Shown in pieces: positions 16,194 through 25,514 of a DNA stretch of 64,000 nt. The translations under genes and the position numbers were made by a program. The stretch covers positions 23,452 through 87,451 of the IMG/VR virus record IMGVR_UViG_3300037502_000580, one strand, 5' to 3'. The notes beneath the pieces are model-generated. The model was not told the DNA's origin. It did not search any database and saw only the letters and a program-made list of their open reading frames with translations. Source of the DNA: a virus. Each line of letters opens with the position of its first letter. Position 1 is the first letter of the stretch.

Positions 16194-18665
16194 ATGGCTA
16201 TTGAAAAATCGGTTTATTCAGCACCAATGGGACTCGCTGATTTAGCACAAGAACCGGATATCGAGATTGAGATCGAAGACCCCGAGAGTGTTGAGATCCG
16301 CGCCGGTGGGCTTGAGATAGAAATTGGCAAAGGTGGTGGAGAGGGGCTTGATGACTTCACTGCAAACCTGGCTGAGCATTTAGATGACAGCGCATTAGGT
16401 GTTCTAGCCGATGAATTAGTTGGCAACTTCACACAAGATAAAGACTCCCGCAAAGACTGGGAGAAAACATACAAAGATGGACTGAAGTTACTGGGCCTAA
16501 AGATTGAAGATAGAACAGAACCTTGGCCCGGAGCCTGCGGTGTATTTCACCCGCTACTCACAGAGGCGGTGGTTAGATTCCAAGCCGATGCGATTATGGA
16601 GACTTTCCCCGCGTCAGGCCCGGTTAAGACGCAGATTATTGGAAAACTTACCCGACAGAAGGAACAAGCAGCGATTCGTGTCAAAGATGACATGAACTAC
16701 AAGCTCACGGTAGGCATGTCTGAGTACCGTGCAGAGCATGAAAGGATGCTGTGGAGCCTTGCGTTGGCGGGTTCCGCGTTCAAAAAGGTCTATTTCGACC
16801 CCAATTTAGACCGGCAAGTGTCACTTTTTGTCCCGGCAGAAGACTTTATTATCAGTTACGGGGCCTCAGACCTAAGAACGTGCGGCAGATACACGCACGT
16901 CATGCGTAAAACGGTCAACGATGTTAAGAAGTTACAGGTTGCGAGGTTCTACAGAGACGTAGAACTGCCTGATCCTGACCAGATGCCCACTGATTTTAGT
17001 GAGGTTGACCCCGAGGACGATGCCTCGACCATCATTCAGGACGACAGATATCTCATTTTAGAGATGCACGTTGACCTTGATATCGAGGAAGACCCCTTTA
17101 GAGACGAAGATGGCATTGCACTTCCATATGTAGTCACGATTGAGAGGTCATCGAACACGATTCTGTCCATACGTCGTAACTGGAACCCCGATGACAAGCT
17201 GCGTTTAAAGCGCATGCACTTCGTTCATTACATCTACATCCCCGGTTTTGGCTTCTACGGCTACGGTCTCATACATCTTATCGGTGGACACTCTAAATCC
17301 AGCACCTCTTTGCTGCGTCAACTGGTCGATGCGGGTACGTTGGCGAACCTTCCTGGCGGTCTTAAGACCCGTGGGTTGCGGATTAAGGGTGATGACACCC
17401 CGATTGCGCCTGGAGAGTTCCGAGATGTGGACGTGGCGAGTGGAAGTATCACTGAAAACATCACTTTCCTGCCCTACAAAGAGCCGAGTCAGACCCTATT
17501 GGCACTTATGGACAACATTGTTGCCCAGGGGCGGTCACTTGCGGCTGTTGCAGAGCTGAAAATACAAGATGTCAACAAAGAAACGCCTGTTGGCACTACG
17601 TTAGCCCTCTTAGAGCGGTCTCTGAAGGTCATGTCAGCGGTACAAGCGCGGATACATGCCGCGATGAAGATCGAGTTTGGTCTTCTGAAGGAGATCATCG
17701 CTGAATTTGCCCCTGATGAGTACGAGTACGAGCCAGATGGTGCGTTTGATGGGCTGGTTGAGGCCAGCCGTGACGACTACGAGCTTGTTGAGGTGGTGCC
17801 GGTCTCTGATCCCAACGCATCGACGTTCAGCCAGCGGGTTATTCAGTACCAAGCAGCACTTCAGTTAGCCAATACAGCGCCACAACTGTATGACATGGCT
17901 CAGTTGCACAGGCAGATGCTTGAAACGCTGGGCATGAGGAACGTGCAGAAGATTCTGCCGCTGGATGAGGACAAGAAACCGGTAGATCCGATCTCTGAGA
18001 ACATGAACATCATGAATATGAAGCCTGTGAAGGCCTTCTTGTATCAAGATCATGATGCTCACCTCAAGGTTCACACGGCGATGGCACAAGATCCGGTACT
18101 TGCACAGGCGCTAGGACAGAACCCGCAGGCTCAGACCATGGCGGCGGCTCTTCAGGCTCACATTGCTGAGCATTTGGCCTTCCAATACCGTCAGAAGATT
18201 GAGACTGTCATGGGTGCGCCTCTGCCCCCGCCTGATGCTCCGTTGCCTGAGGCCATGGAGATTGAGATGTCTCGTGTTGCTGCACAGGCAGCACAGATGG
18301 TTACGGGCATGAGTCGTCAAGAGATGGCGGCGATGCAGGCCCAGCAAGCCCAGCAGGATCCGGTTGTGCAGATGCAGCAGCAAGAACTGCAGCTTAAGAC
18401 CGCAGAACTACAGCGCAAGGCACAGAAAGATCAGATGGACTCGCAGCTTAGAGCAGCACAGATTGAGACCGAAAGGTTGCGGATTGAACAACAGGCCGAG
18501 ATTGATGGTGCCCGGCTTGGCGCACAGATAGCCAAAGATCAGACTCAACAGCAGTTCCAAGAGAGTGTTGAGGCGGTGAAGCAGGAAATAGAGGGTACAC
18601 GGATGGGGATGGACATGGCTAGATCCCTAGAACAGGCGCAAGCCAAACAACCACAAGGTGAATAA
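16194..18665 (+). CDS. Portal protein with C-terminal Q-rich barrel
   Basis: Follows TerL; GSAFKKVY, GFYGYGLIHL motifs; long coiled-coil tail as in P22-type portals. Confidence 0.85.
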   Translation: MAIEKSVYSAPMGLADLAQEPDIEIEIEDPESVEIRAGGLEIEIGKGGGEGLDDFTANLAEHLDDSALGVLADELVGNFTQDKDSRKDWEKTYKDGLKLLGLKIEDRTEPWPGACGVFHPLLTEAVVRFQADAIMETFPASGPVKTQIIGKLTRQKEQAAIRVKDDMNYKLTVGMSEYRAEHERMLWSLALAGSAFKKVYFDPNLDRQVSLFVPAEDFIISYGASDLRTCGRYTHVMRKTVNDVKKLQVARFYRDVELPDPDQMPTDFSEVDPEDDASTIIQDDRYLILEMHVDLDIEEDPFRDEDGIALPYVVTIERSSNTILSIRRNWNPDDKLRLKRMHFVHYIYIPGFGFYGYGLIHLIGGHSKSSTSLLRQLVDAGTLANLPGGLKTRGLRIKGDDTPIAPGEFRDVDVASGSITENITFLPYKEPSQTLLALMDNIVAQGRSLAAVAELKIQDVNKETPVGTTLALLERSLKVMSAVQARIHAAMKIEFGLLKEIIAEFAPDEYEYEPDGAFDGLVEASRDDYELVEVVPVSDPNASTFSQRVIQYQAALQLANTAPQLYDMAQLHRQMLETLGMRNVQKILPLDEDKKPVDPISENMNIMNMKPVKAFLYQDHDAHLKVHTAMAQDPVLAQALGQNPQAQTMAAALQAHIAEHLAFQYRQKIETVMGAPLPPPDAPLPEAMEIEMSRVAAQAAQMVTGMSRQEMAAMQAQQAQQDPVVQMQQQELQLKTAELQRKAQKDQMDSQLRAAQIETERLRIEQQAEIDGARLGAQIAKDQTQQQFQESVEAVKQEIEGTRMGMDMARSLEQAQAKQPQGE

Positions 18666-18868
18666 TGGAAGCACCACGATCCTTTGAGGAGCTTATTCGG
18701 AAGAAAATCCGAGATCACATGAACAACTACGCCGATGATTTAGCGACCGGCGGCGCAAAAGATTACCCCGACTATAGGTTTCAGGTCGGAGTTATTCAAG
18801 GATTAGCCATGGCAGAACGGGAAATCCTTGACCTTGTTGAAACCGCGAGAAAGGCAGAAGGACTATGA
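18665..18868 (+). CDS. Small conserved phage protein
   Basis: DY.DYR..VG.IQGL motif; coupled to portal. Confidence 0.75.
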   Translation: MEAPRSFEELIRKKIRDHMNNYADDLATGGAKDYPDYRFQVGVIQGLAMAEREILDLVETARKAEGL

Positions 18869-19263
18869 CATCACGCATAGGTGCAGTGGATAAAGAAGCG
18901 ACCGTTAGAAAGGCGCAAGAGATTGGGGAAATAAAGATGCCCAATCCGGTGGGGTACAAGATATTAATTACCCTGCCGAGAATAGAGGACAAGATTGGTG
19001 ATTCAGGAATCATTCTGGCTGACTCTACAAAGAAAGCCGAAGAAGTAGCATCTTGTTTGGGTTTTGTTCTTAAGCTGGGCGAACTCGCATACCGAGATCA
19101 GGATAAGTTTCCTAATGGCCCATGGTGCAAAGAAGGTGATTTTGTCATCATGCGTAATTATTCTGGAACCCGCTTCTTGGTTGATGGACAAGAGTTTCGG
19201 TTGATTAATGACGACCAAGTTGAGGCGGTCGTTGACGATCCTCGTGGTTACACACGTGCGTAA
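18865..19263 (+). CDS. groES: GroES-like co-chaperonin
   Basis: PVGYKILI, SGIIL mobile loop, KEGDFV..YSGT...DGQEFRLINDDQVEAVV. Confidence 0.85.
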   Translation: MTSRIGAVDKEATVRKAQEIGEIKMPNPVGYKILITLPRIEDKIGDSGIILADSTKKAEEVASCLGFVLKLGELAYRDQDKFPNGPWCKEGDFVIMRNYSGTRFLVDGQEFRLINDDQVEAVVDDPRGYTRA

Positions 19264-19273
19264 GGAGTAGGAA

Positions 19274-20326
19274 ATGCCAAAAGAAGAAATCGTTACCACC
19301 CTAGAAGAAATCAATAGTCAGCTCGCTAATAAGGGCGATCTGCCCGAAGTAGAACCTGAAGGCACAGAAATTGGTTTCCCACCGGAACCAAAAGACCCGC
19401 CTAAGAAGCAGGCCAAAGAGAAGATTGATATAGAAATTGTTGATGACACGCCCCCGGAAGATCGTGGGCGTAAGCCCATGAAGACTCCCCCTAAGGACGG
19501 GGATGAGATCGACGAGGTTAATGAGAAAGTCCAGAAGCGCATGGACGAACTCAAACGCGCTTGGCATGAAGAGCGCAGGGCTAAAGAACAGGCAGCTAGG
19601 GAGCAGTCAGAGGCTCTAGCATATGCAAAAGCCCTGGTGGAAGAGAATAAACGGCTACAGAAGAAACTCAGTGCCGGTGAGCAGATTATGGTTAAGGAAG
19701 CTCAGACTAAAGCTGAGTTGGCCCTTAAGTCTGCCAAACGTTCTCTACAAGAAGCACAGGAAAGTGGGGACTCAGAAAAGGCCGCAGATGCCATGTCTGA
19801 GATTACTAGGGTGACTATGGAGCAGGAGAATTGGAAGAGATTCCAACCTACTCAAGTACCTGACGATCCTGAACCCACTTTACAACCGCAAAATAATAAT
19901 GTAGCTTACTCACAAACTGTTCAGCAGCAGACAGCCGCTCCTGACGAAAAGGCCGTGTCTTGGTATAACAAAAATACCTGGTTCGGCGTTGACGAAGAGA
20001 GAACTGCATTTGCTTATGGACTGCATCAGAAATTAGTCAATGAAGGGATTGATCCCCGAAGTGACAGTTACTACGAGCGCATTGACGCTCGGCTGCGGCA
20101 AGTTTTTCCCGAGAAGTTTACCTCTGAGACTCCAGAAGATCATGAGGAAGACGTTCAGCAAAAACGGGTAGAAAAACGCCAACAAACAACGGTGGTAGCA
20201 CCGGCGACACGGACGACCTCAAGTAAGAAAATTGTCCTGACTAAATCTCAGGTAGCAATAGCTCGGCGCTTGGGTGTTCCTTTAGAAGTTTATGCGAAAC
20301 ATGTTGCTCTGCAGGAGAATAGATAA
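19274..20326 (+). CDS. Probable capsid scaffolding protein
   Basis: Acidic coiled coil, NTWFG and LTKSQVAIARRLGVPLEVYAK C-terminus; position before capsid. Confidence 0.7.
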   Translation: MPKEEIVTTLEEINSQLANKGDLPEVEPEGTEIGFPPEPKDPPKKQAKEKIDIEIVDDTPPEDRGRKPMKTPPKDGDEIDEVNEKVQKRMDELKRAWHEERRAKEQAAREQSEALAYAKALVEENKRLQKKLSAGEQIMVKEAQTKAELALKSAKRSLQEAQESGDSEKAADAMSEITRVTMEQENWKRFQPTQVPDDPEPTLQPQNNNVAYSQTVQQQTAAPDEKAVSWYNKNTWFGVDEERTAFAYGLHQKLVNEGIDPRSDSYYERIDARLRQVFPEKFTSETPEDHEEDVQQKRVEKRQQTTVVAPATRTTSSKKIVLTKSQVAIARRLGVPLEVYAKHVALQENR

Positions 20327-20763
20327 TGGGAAATCGTACTGATCGTGAACTTGAGTCTCGGGAGAAGACTTCCCGTTCTGTTGTCTATCGTCCAGCTAAC
20401 CAGCTTCCTGATCCCAATCCACAAGATGGGTATACGTTCCGCTGGATTCGCACAGCAATCATGGGGCAGTCCGATGCTCGGAATGTCTCCACGCAGCTTC
20501 GTGATGGTTACTCACCTGTTAAATTGCAAGACCATCCTGAGTTGATGATTCCGTCAGACCCTAAAGGTGGTGAAAATGTCGAGATTGGCGGCTTGATGCT
20601 CTGCAAAGCTCCTATCGAGCAAGTAGACGCAAGAAAAGCCTATTATGAGCGTGTTAATCAGCAGCAGATTCAATCTGTTGATAACAGCTTTATGCGAGAA
20701 AATGATCCGAGGATGCCTCTCTTTTCTGAGAAGCGGTCTGAGGTGAGTTTTGTTAAACGTTAA
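20326..20763 (+). CDS. Conserved head-region protein
   Basis: GYTFRWIR...GGLMLCK motif. Confidence 0.75.
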   Translation: MGNRTDRELESREKTSRSVVYRPANQLPDPNPQDGYTFRWIRTAIMGQSDARNVSTQLRDGYSPVKLQDHPELMIPSDPKGGENVEIGGLMLCKAPIEQVDARKAYYERVNQQQIQSVDNSFMRENDPRMPLFSEKRSEVSFVKR

Positions 20764-20780
20764 CCTCATAGGAGTTGAAT

Positions 20781-21401
20781 ATGGCTTACCCTACTGTTAG
20801 TAAACCGTACGGTTTTAAGCCTGTTAACCGGATTGATGGTCTACCGTATGCTGGTGCTGTTCAGCAAATTCGTATTGCCAGCACCTACAACACGGCTATC
20901 TATTTCGGTGACACGGTTAAAATCGTTGCCGGTGGTTCTATTGAACTGTCTGGCGCAACCACGAGCGGCACCATTGTTGGCGTGTTCATGGGATGTCAGT
21001 ATGTAAATTCCCAAGGACAAACCATTCAGGCTCAGTACTACCCCGGCACCAGCGCAACCAGCGCGATTGCTTACGTAGTTGTTGACCCGTATGCTGCATT
21101 TAAAGTGGCTATCACTACCTCTGGCGATGCCGGTGTGGTTACTGGTGCAAACCAGACCATTGTTGGCGCTAACGTAGCTACTGTTTATGGCACCGGATCT
21201 ACCATTACTGGTGATTCTGGATCTTCTGTTGTTCTTCCGGCAAACGGTGCTGGTGCTGCTACCACGCTTCCGTTCCGTGTCATTGCTGTTGTTCCTGACA
21301 CTGCTTATGATTCCAGCGGTACGATTATTTACCCTGAAGTCATTGTGAAGATTAACGACCCGCAATACTCGGCTCTGACCGGTACTGCGTACACGGCTTA
21401 A
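20781..21401 (+). CDS. Probable head decoration/cement protein
   Basis: Beta-rich; directly upstream of the major capsid gene; ATG after AGGAG. Confidence 0.6.
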   Translation: MAYPTVSKPYGFKPVNRIDGLPYAGAVQQIRIASTYNTAIYFGDTVKIVAGGSIELSGATTSGTIVGVFMGCQYVNSQGQTIQAQYYPGTSATSAIAYVVVDPYAAFKVAITTSGDAGVVTGANQTIVGANVATVYGTGSTITGDSGSSVVLPANGAGAATTLPFRVIAVVPDTAYDSSGTIIYPEVIVKINDPQYSALTGTAYTA

Positions 21402-21412
21402 GGAGAATTTAA

Positions 21413-22324
21413 ATGGCTATTTCACGCGCCCAACTACTGAAAGAGCTGCTCCCAGGCCTTAATGCGTTGTTTGGTCTGGAGTATGCGAAGTATGGTGAAG
21501 AGCATAAAGAGGTCTATGAAACTGAGACTTCTGAGCGTTCTTTTGAAGAAGAAACCAAACTGTCCGGCTTCTCTGCCGCCCCGGTTAAACCCGAAGGTCA
21601 GGCAATTGCGTATGACAACGCACAAGAAGCATGGACGGCTCGTTATACGCACGAAACCATTGCTCTTGGTTTCTCGATCACTGAAGAGGCGATTGAGGAC
21701 AACCTGTACGACAGCCTGTCGTCCCGGTATACCAAGGCCCTGGCCCGTGCTATGGCGTACACCAAGCAGGTTAAGGCTGCTGCGGTTCTGAATAATGGCT
21801 TCGCTGCCGGTGTTACATACGGTGACGGTCAGCCCCTGTTCTCCACCGTGCATCCCCTCGTGTCTGGTGGCGTCAACTCCAACCGTCCCGCTACTAACGC
21901 TGACCTGAATGAGACTTCTCTTGAGAACGCTACCATTCAGATCGCTGCGTGGACAGACGAGCGTGGTCTTCTGATCGCTGCTAAACCCCGTAAGCTGGTT
22001 ATTCCTCCTGCGCTTATGTTCGTTGCTAAGCGCCTGTTGGATACGGAGCTTCGTGTTGCTACCGCTGATAATGACCTTAACGCCTTGCGCGCCATGGGTA
22101 CGATCAGTGAGGGCTACACCGTTAACCACTTCCTGACGGATACCAATGCATGGTTCCTGACGACGGATGTGCCCAACGGTCTGAAGCATTTTGTTCGTAC
22201 CCCGATGCAGACCTCCATGGACGGAGACTTTGACACCGGTAACGTACGTTACAAAGCCCGTGAGCGTTATAGCTTTGGCGTCTCGGATCCTCTCGGTATT
22301 TTCGGATCTCCTGGCTCCAACTAA
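21413..22324 (+). CDS. Major capsid protein (Mu gpT-like, HK97 fold)
   Basis: MAISRAQLLKELLPGLNALFG...DGQPLFST.HP...RYKARERYSFG; strong RBS; terminator downstream. Confidence 0.9.
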   Translation: MAISRAQLLKELLPGLNALFGLEYAKYGEEHKEVYETETSERSFEEETKLSGFSAAPVKPEGQAIAYDNAQEAWTARYTHETIALGFSITEEAIEDNLYDSLSSRYTKALARAMAYTKQVKAAAVLNNGFAAGVTYGDGQPLFSTVHPLVSGGVNSNRPATNADLNETSLENATIQIAAWTDERGLLIAAKPRKLVIPPALMFVAKRLLDTELRVATADNDLNALRAMGTISEGYTVNHFLTDTNAWFLTTDVPNGLKHFVRTPMQTSMDGDFDTGNVRYKARERYSFGVSDPLGIFGSPGSN

Positions 22325-22332
22325 GCAGGGTG

Positions 22333-22363
22333 AAGAAAAGGGGCTTGCGCCCCTTTTCTTTTT
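22333..22363 (+). terminator. Rho-independent terminator after the capsid gene
   Basis: AAGAAAAGGGGC-TTGC-GCCCCTTTTCTT then T tract. Confidence 0.85.
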
Positions 22364-22373
22364 GCGGTACTGT
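22345..22373 (+). promoter_or_regulatory. Sigma70-like promoter embedded in the terminator
   Basis: TTGCGC-N17-TACTGT. Confidence 0.45.
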
Positions 22374-22383
22374 TGTTTTAAGT

Positions 22384-22450
22384 CCAAGATTTTTACCTAT
22401 ATCGACAGGCTTGGCTGACTTAGTAGAGACGATATAGGAATGTGCTACTA
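22384..22450 (+). ncRNA. Double-pseudoknot RNA, candidate Mu-gpT-DE motif
   Basis: Pairings 22384-88/22410-14, 22396-403/22431-38, 22421-26/22445-50 with three GAC junction triplets; located downstream of a Mu-gpT-like gene. Confidence 0.6.
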
Positions 22451-22465
22451 CACAAGGAGTTAGAA

Positions 22466-22954
22466 ATGGCACGCACTACTTTTTCGGGGCCAGTAGCGTC
22501 CCAAAATGGATTTATCAGCGTAGCTTCTACGTCTGGCAAATTACTCGCTATTACCGCGCCTGCAGCGCTCTCTGCAGATACCACGCTTGTTTTCCCTAAC
22601 GGTGCTGGTACAAACGGTCAAGTTCTTACTACTAATGGCACCGGTACGCTTAGCTGGACTACTAATGGCGCAGGTACCGTAACTTCTGTTGGTGGTACTG
22701 GTACGGTAAACGGTCTTACTCTGACCGGTACGGTTACTTCTTCTGGCTCACTGACCCTCGGTGGATCTTTTGCTCTGCCGACAAGCACTGCCGCTGCTGT
22801 TGCTGATATTGCCAATGCGATTAATACCACTGGTAAATACACCGGCAAGATGGTTGTTGATTACGCTACCGGAATTATCTATACGGCGGTCGGCGCAACG
22901 GCTGGATCAGACTGGGCACCCTCTGACGCTAGTGGTCTCGTAACCCCGGCCTAA
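22466..22954 (+). CDS. Virion-associated protein (MARTTFSGPV type, possible head fibre)
   Basis: G/T-rich fibre-like segment; AAGGAG RBS. Confidence 0.7.
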   Translation: MARTTFSGPVASQNGFISVASTSGKLLAITAPAALSADTTLVFPNGAGTNGQVLTTNGTGTLSWTTNGAGTVTSVGGTGTVNGLTLTGTVTSSGSLTLGGSFALPTSTAAAVADIANAINTTGKYTGKMVVDYATGIIYTAVGATAGSDWAPSDASGLVTPA

Positions 22955-22967
22955 TAAGGAGGCTTGC

Positions 22968-23279
22968 ATGGGTATGCAAACCGATGTCCTAGCGACAAAG
23001 CCGTTAACGGCAACGGGTAACTTTAAAGACCAGGGTGATCAAAATATCCCTCGTTCCCGCATTAAGACGATCTATGCAGTTAACGGTACAAGTGCCGGTT
23101 CTGTTGTGATTCGCCAAGGTGGGGCTTCGGGGGACGTGATTATCACGGTCAATACCGCTGCTAATACGACGGCTGGCTACACCATTATCCCGGTGCCGGG
23201 TGAAGGCGTTCTCTGTAAAGAGGGCGACCTGCATGGCACCATTACCAACACCACATCCATTACTCTTTTCTACGGGTAA
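22968..23279 (+). CDS. Small beta-rich virion protein
   Basis: ORF with AGGAGG RBS. Confidence 0.7.
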   Translation: MGMQTDVLATKPLTATGNFKDQGDQNIPRSRIKTIYAVNGTSAGSVVIRQGGASGDVIITVNTAANTTAGYTIIPVPGEGVLCKEGDLHGTITNTTSITLFYG

Positions 23280-23283
23280 TCCC

Positions 23284-23538
23284 ATGGCTAAGACCCCGGC
23301 TTGGCAGCGTAAAGAAGGCAAGAACCCTAAGGGTGGTTTAAATGCCAAAGGACGTGCCTCTTATAATGCTGCTAATCCGGGTAAGCCTGGGCTAAAGGCT
23401 CCGCAACCTGAGGGTGGCGCTCGTAAGAAGTCATTCTGTGCCCGTATGACCGGCATGAAGAAGAAACTTACTTCTGCAAAGACCGCGAATGACCCGAACA
23501 GCCGGATCAATAAATCTTTACGTGCATGGAAATGTTAA
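23284..23538 (+). CDS. DUF6321-like basic protein
   Basis: AWQRKEGKNPKGGLNAKGRASY...SFCARM...SRINKSLRAWKC. Confidence 0.75.
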   Translation: MAKTPAWQRKEGKNPKGGLNAKGRASYNAANPGKPGLKAPQPEGGARKKSFCARMTGMKKKLTSAKTANDPNSRINKSLRAWKC

Positions 23539-23784
23539 ATGGAGATGATGCTTTGGAATATCGCGTTGAGCGCGATAGTGGCGGTGATGGGCATGTTGCT
23601 TAAGGGCAAGTTTGATGAGTTGCAGCGCATCAGTATCCTGCTTAATAGAACGCGGGAAGAAGTAGCGCGAGACCACATCACACGTGCAGAAGTTAGAGCG
23701 GATCTGGAAAAGATTCGTGAACATTTTGACAATGGCTTTAAGCGTCTTGAGGACAAGATAGACGCTCTAGCGCAAAGGAATTGA
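23539..23784 (+). CDS. Membrane-anchored coiled-coil protein
   Basis: N-terminal TM segment, LLNRTREE..., RLEDKID. Confidence 0.7.
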   Translation: MEMMLWNIALSAIVAVMGMLLKGKFDELQRISILLNRTREEVARDHITRAEVRADLEKIREHFDNGFKRLEDKIDALAQRN

Positions 23785-23785
23785 C

Positions 23786-24421
23786 ATGGCTAAGAGACTT
23801 CGTAACGTAGCACTTCTTGGTGGAGCAGCACTTCTTGCCTCAAAGATGTTAGGTGGTAAGAAAGAAGCCGAGACCCCCCGTGCGGAATCGAAGGAAGATC
23901 AAGAACGTGACCGTAGGGAATCAGCAATTGCTGGCCCTCTGCGTGCCTTGGCTTCTACCACCCCCGCTACCGAACCCAAGTCTGAGGCACGTAAACCCAC
24001 TGCCCGTAAGGCTGCACCGGCAGAAGCACCTGGCATTTCTGTAGAAGAAGGTCGGGCGGCTATGGGCCTCCCCCGCGAAGCTCGTGGAAGAAGCTCTGGG
24101 GTTATGGAAGGGGCGTCGGCCTCTGGACTACCCCGTGAAGCTCGTGGTCGTGGTATGGATGAAGGAATAACTACCTCTGGGTTGCCACGCGAAGCTCGTG
24201 GCGTTCCTCGTGGAGATGTTCCTGGTTCTCAGGTCTATGCTCAGATTAATGCAGACCGCATTGCCCGTCAGCGCCGTGCCGCAGAAGAAGATCGGTTTAT
24301 GTCTGGTGGCATGAAAGAAGGCGGTAAGGTAAAGATGCAGTCTGGTGGCATGGTTGGTAAGGCTTCTAAACGTGCTGATGGTATCGCTACCAAAGGCAAA
24401 ACCCGCTGCAGGATCATCTAA
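23786..24421 (+). CDS. Disordered basic protein with 3x GLPREARG repeat
   Basis: ORF; shares GGxV and DGIAxxGKT motifs with neighbours. Confidence 0.75.
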   Translation: MAKRLRNVALLGGAALLASKMLGGKKEAETPRAESKEDQERDRRESAIAGPLRALASTTPATEPKSEARKPTARKAAPAEAPGISVEEGRAAMGLPREARGRSSGVMEGASASGLPREARGRGMDEGITTSGLPREARGVPRGDVPGSQVYAQINADRIARQRRAAEEDRFMSGGMKEGGKVKMQSGGMVGKASKRADGIATKGKTRCRII

Positions 24422-24423
24422 TC

Positions 24424-24738
24424 ATGGCAAATTATCCGATGAAGACTCGTAAGTCCTCTAAGTTCCGTGAGCGAGAGGATGAGAAAAAAGAACTTCAAGA
24501 CCTAGCAGACACACCTCCTAGCATGTTGAGTGAAGGTGAGCGGTTTAGGCTTTTTGGTAAGACAACGAAGCCGCTAGATCCTACACAGAGGGCTGAGCCG
24601 AAGAAAGAGGAGTCGTTTGAAGAGCGTATGCGTAAGGCTGATCCCGCACAACGCAAATATATGTTGGCTAAAGGTGGCTTTGTTCGTGCCGCTGATGGTA
24701 TTGCTAAACGTGGTAAAACGAAAGGAAAGATGCTATGA
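24424..24738 (+). CDS. Small basic protein
   Basis: C-terminal AKGGFVRAADGIAKRGKTKG. Confidence 0.75.
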   Translation: MANYPMKTRKSSKFREREDEKKELQDLADTPPSMLSEGERFRLFGKTTKPLDPTQRAEPKKEESFEERMRKADPAQRKYMLAKGGFVRAADGIAKRGKTKGKML

Positions 24739-24890
24739 AGAAGGCAATGGGTGTGGCTCCCACCAAAATGGGCAAAGTTAAGACCGCTACTAAACCTGAT
24801 GGCGTTATTAAAAAAGGCGCTACCAAGGGTAAGCAAATTAAGATGGCCTACGGCGGCAAAGTGAAGATGCGTGGCGGCGGGAAGTGCTAA
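24735..24890 (+). CDS. 51-aa lysine-rich protein (not in ORF track)
   Basis: Hand translation MKKAMGVAPTKMGKVKTATKPDGVIKKGATKGKQIKMAYGGKVKMRGGGKC; exactly fills the gap. Confidence 0.75.
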   Translation: MKKAMGVAPTKMGKVKTATKPDGVIKKGATKGKQIKMAYGGKVKMRGGGKC

Positions 24891-25175
24891 ATGAGACCCT
24901 CGCGCGGGATGGGGGCTATCAGCCCCTCTAAGATGCCCAGGGCCAAGACAGGACGCCGCAAAGATGGTGACTCGTTTCAGACGTTCAAAGATGGCGGGAA
25001 GGTCAAGTCTCGCGTCAATGAGGCAGGTGTTTACACAAAGCCTGGGATGCGTAAGAGCCTTTTTGAAAAGATTAAAGGTTCTGCGACTCAAGGGACTGCT
25101 GCGGGTCAATGGTCAGCAAGAAAAGCACAACTCTTGGCAAAGAAGTACAAAGCCGCAGGTGGTGGATATAAGTGA
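24891..25175 (+). CDS. Basic protein, N-half of DUF5872-like family
   Basis: YTKP.MRK...GQWSARKAQLLAKKYKAAGGGY. Confidence 0.7.
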   Translation: MRPSRGMGAISPSKMPRAKTGRRKDGDSFQTFKDGGKVKSRVNEAGVYTKPGMRKSLFEKIKGSATQGTAAGQWSARKAQLLAKKYKAAGGGYK

Positions 25176-25336
25176 TTCGGGCACCGGTGTACGACCCGAG
25201 GAGAGACGGAAATGTCTTTTCGTGGGTTTTAAAAGCTGCGGAAGTATACCGGGAACGAAAAAGGACTGAGCGAAATGCCGCTAAAGAAGCCGCAGCAGAG
25301 CTTGAAAGACTGGACAGCACAAAAGTGGAGAACTAA
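25172..25336 (+). CDS. 54-aa hypothetical protein (not in ORF track)
   Basis: GTGA-overlap start; MIRAPVYDPRRDGNVFSWVLKAAEVYRERKR...; overlaps the next gene by 62 nt. Confidence 0.5.
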   Translation: MIRAPVYDPRRDGNVFSWVLKAAEVYRERKRTERNAAKEAAAELERLDSTKVEN

Positions 25337-25514
25337 AAGTGGGAAACCGTCTTCCGTTACTGGCGAGCGTTACCTCCCAACGTCAGCGATCAACGCATTA
25401 TCTCCATCTGAGTATGCAGCGACGACAAGAGCGAAAAGAGCTGGCAAAGCTTCTGGAAAGCAGTTCGTTAAACAACCAGCAGGAATTGCAAAGAAAACAG
25501 CGAGGTATCGATAA
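25275..25514 (+). CDS. Basic protein, C-half of DUF5872-like family
   Basis: QQSLKDWTAQKWRTK...GERYLP...GKQFV. Confidence 0.7.
   Translation: MPLKKPQQSLKDWTAQKWRTKSGKPSSVTGERYLPTSAINALSPSEYAATTRAKRAGKASGKQFVKQPAGIAKKTARYR

Noticed and set aside
19879-19907. Internal promoter TTTACA-N17-TAGCTT in the scaffold gene
   Set aside because: Plausible but only a moderate consensus match inside a CDS, with no independent support
21434-22387. 317-aa antisense ORF opposite the major capsid gene (and similar shadow ORFs throughout)
   Set aside because: Explained by codon bias of the sense gene; no RBS or recognisable motifs
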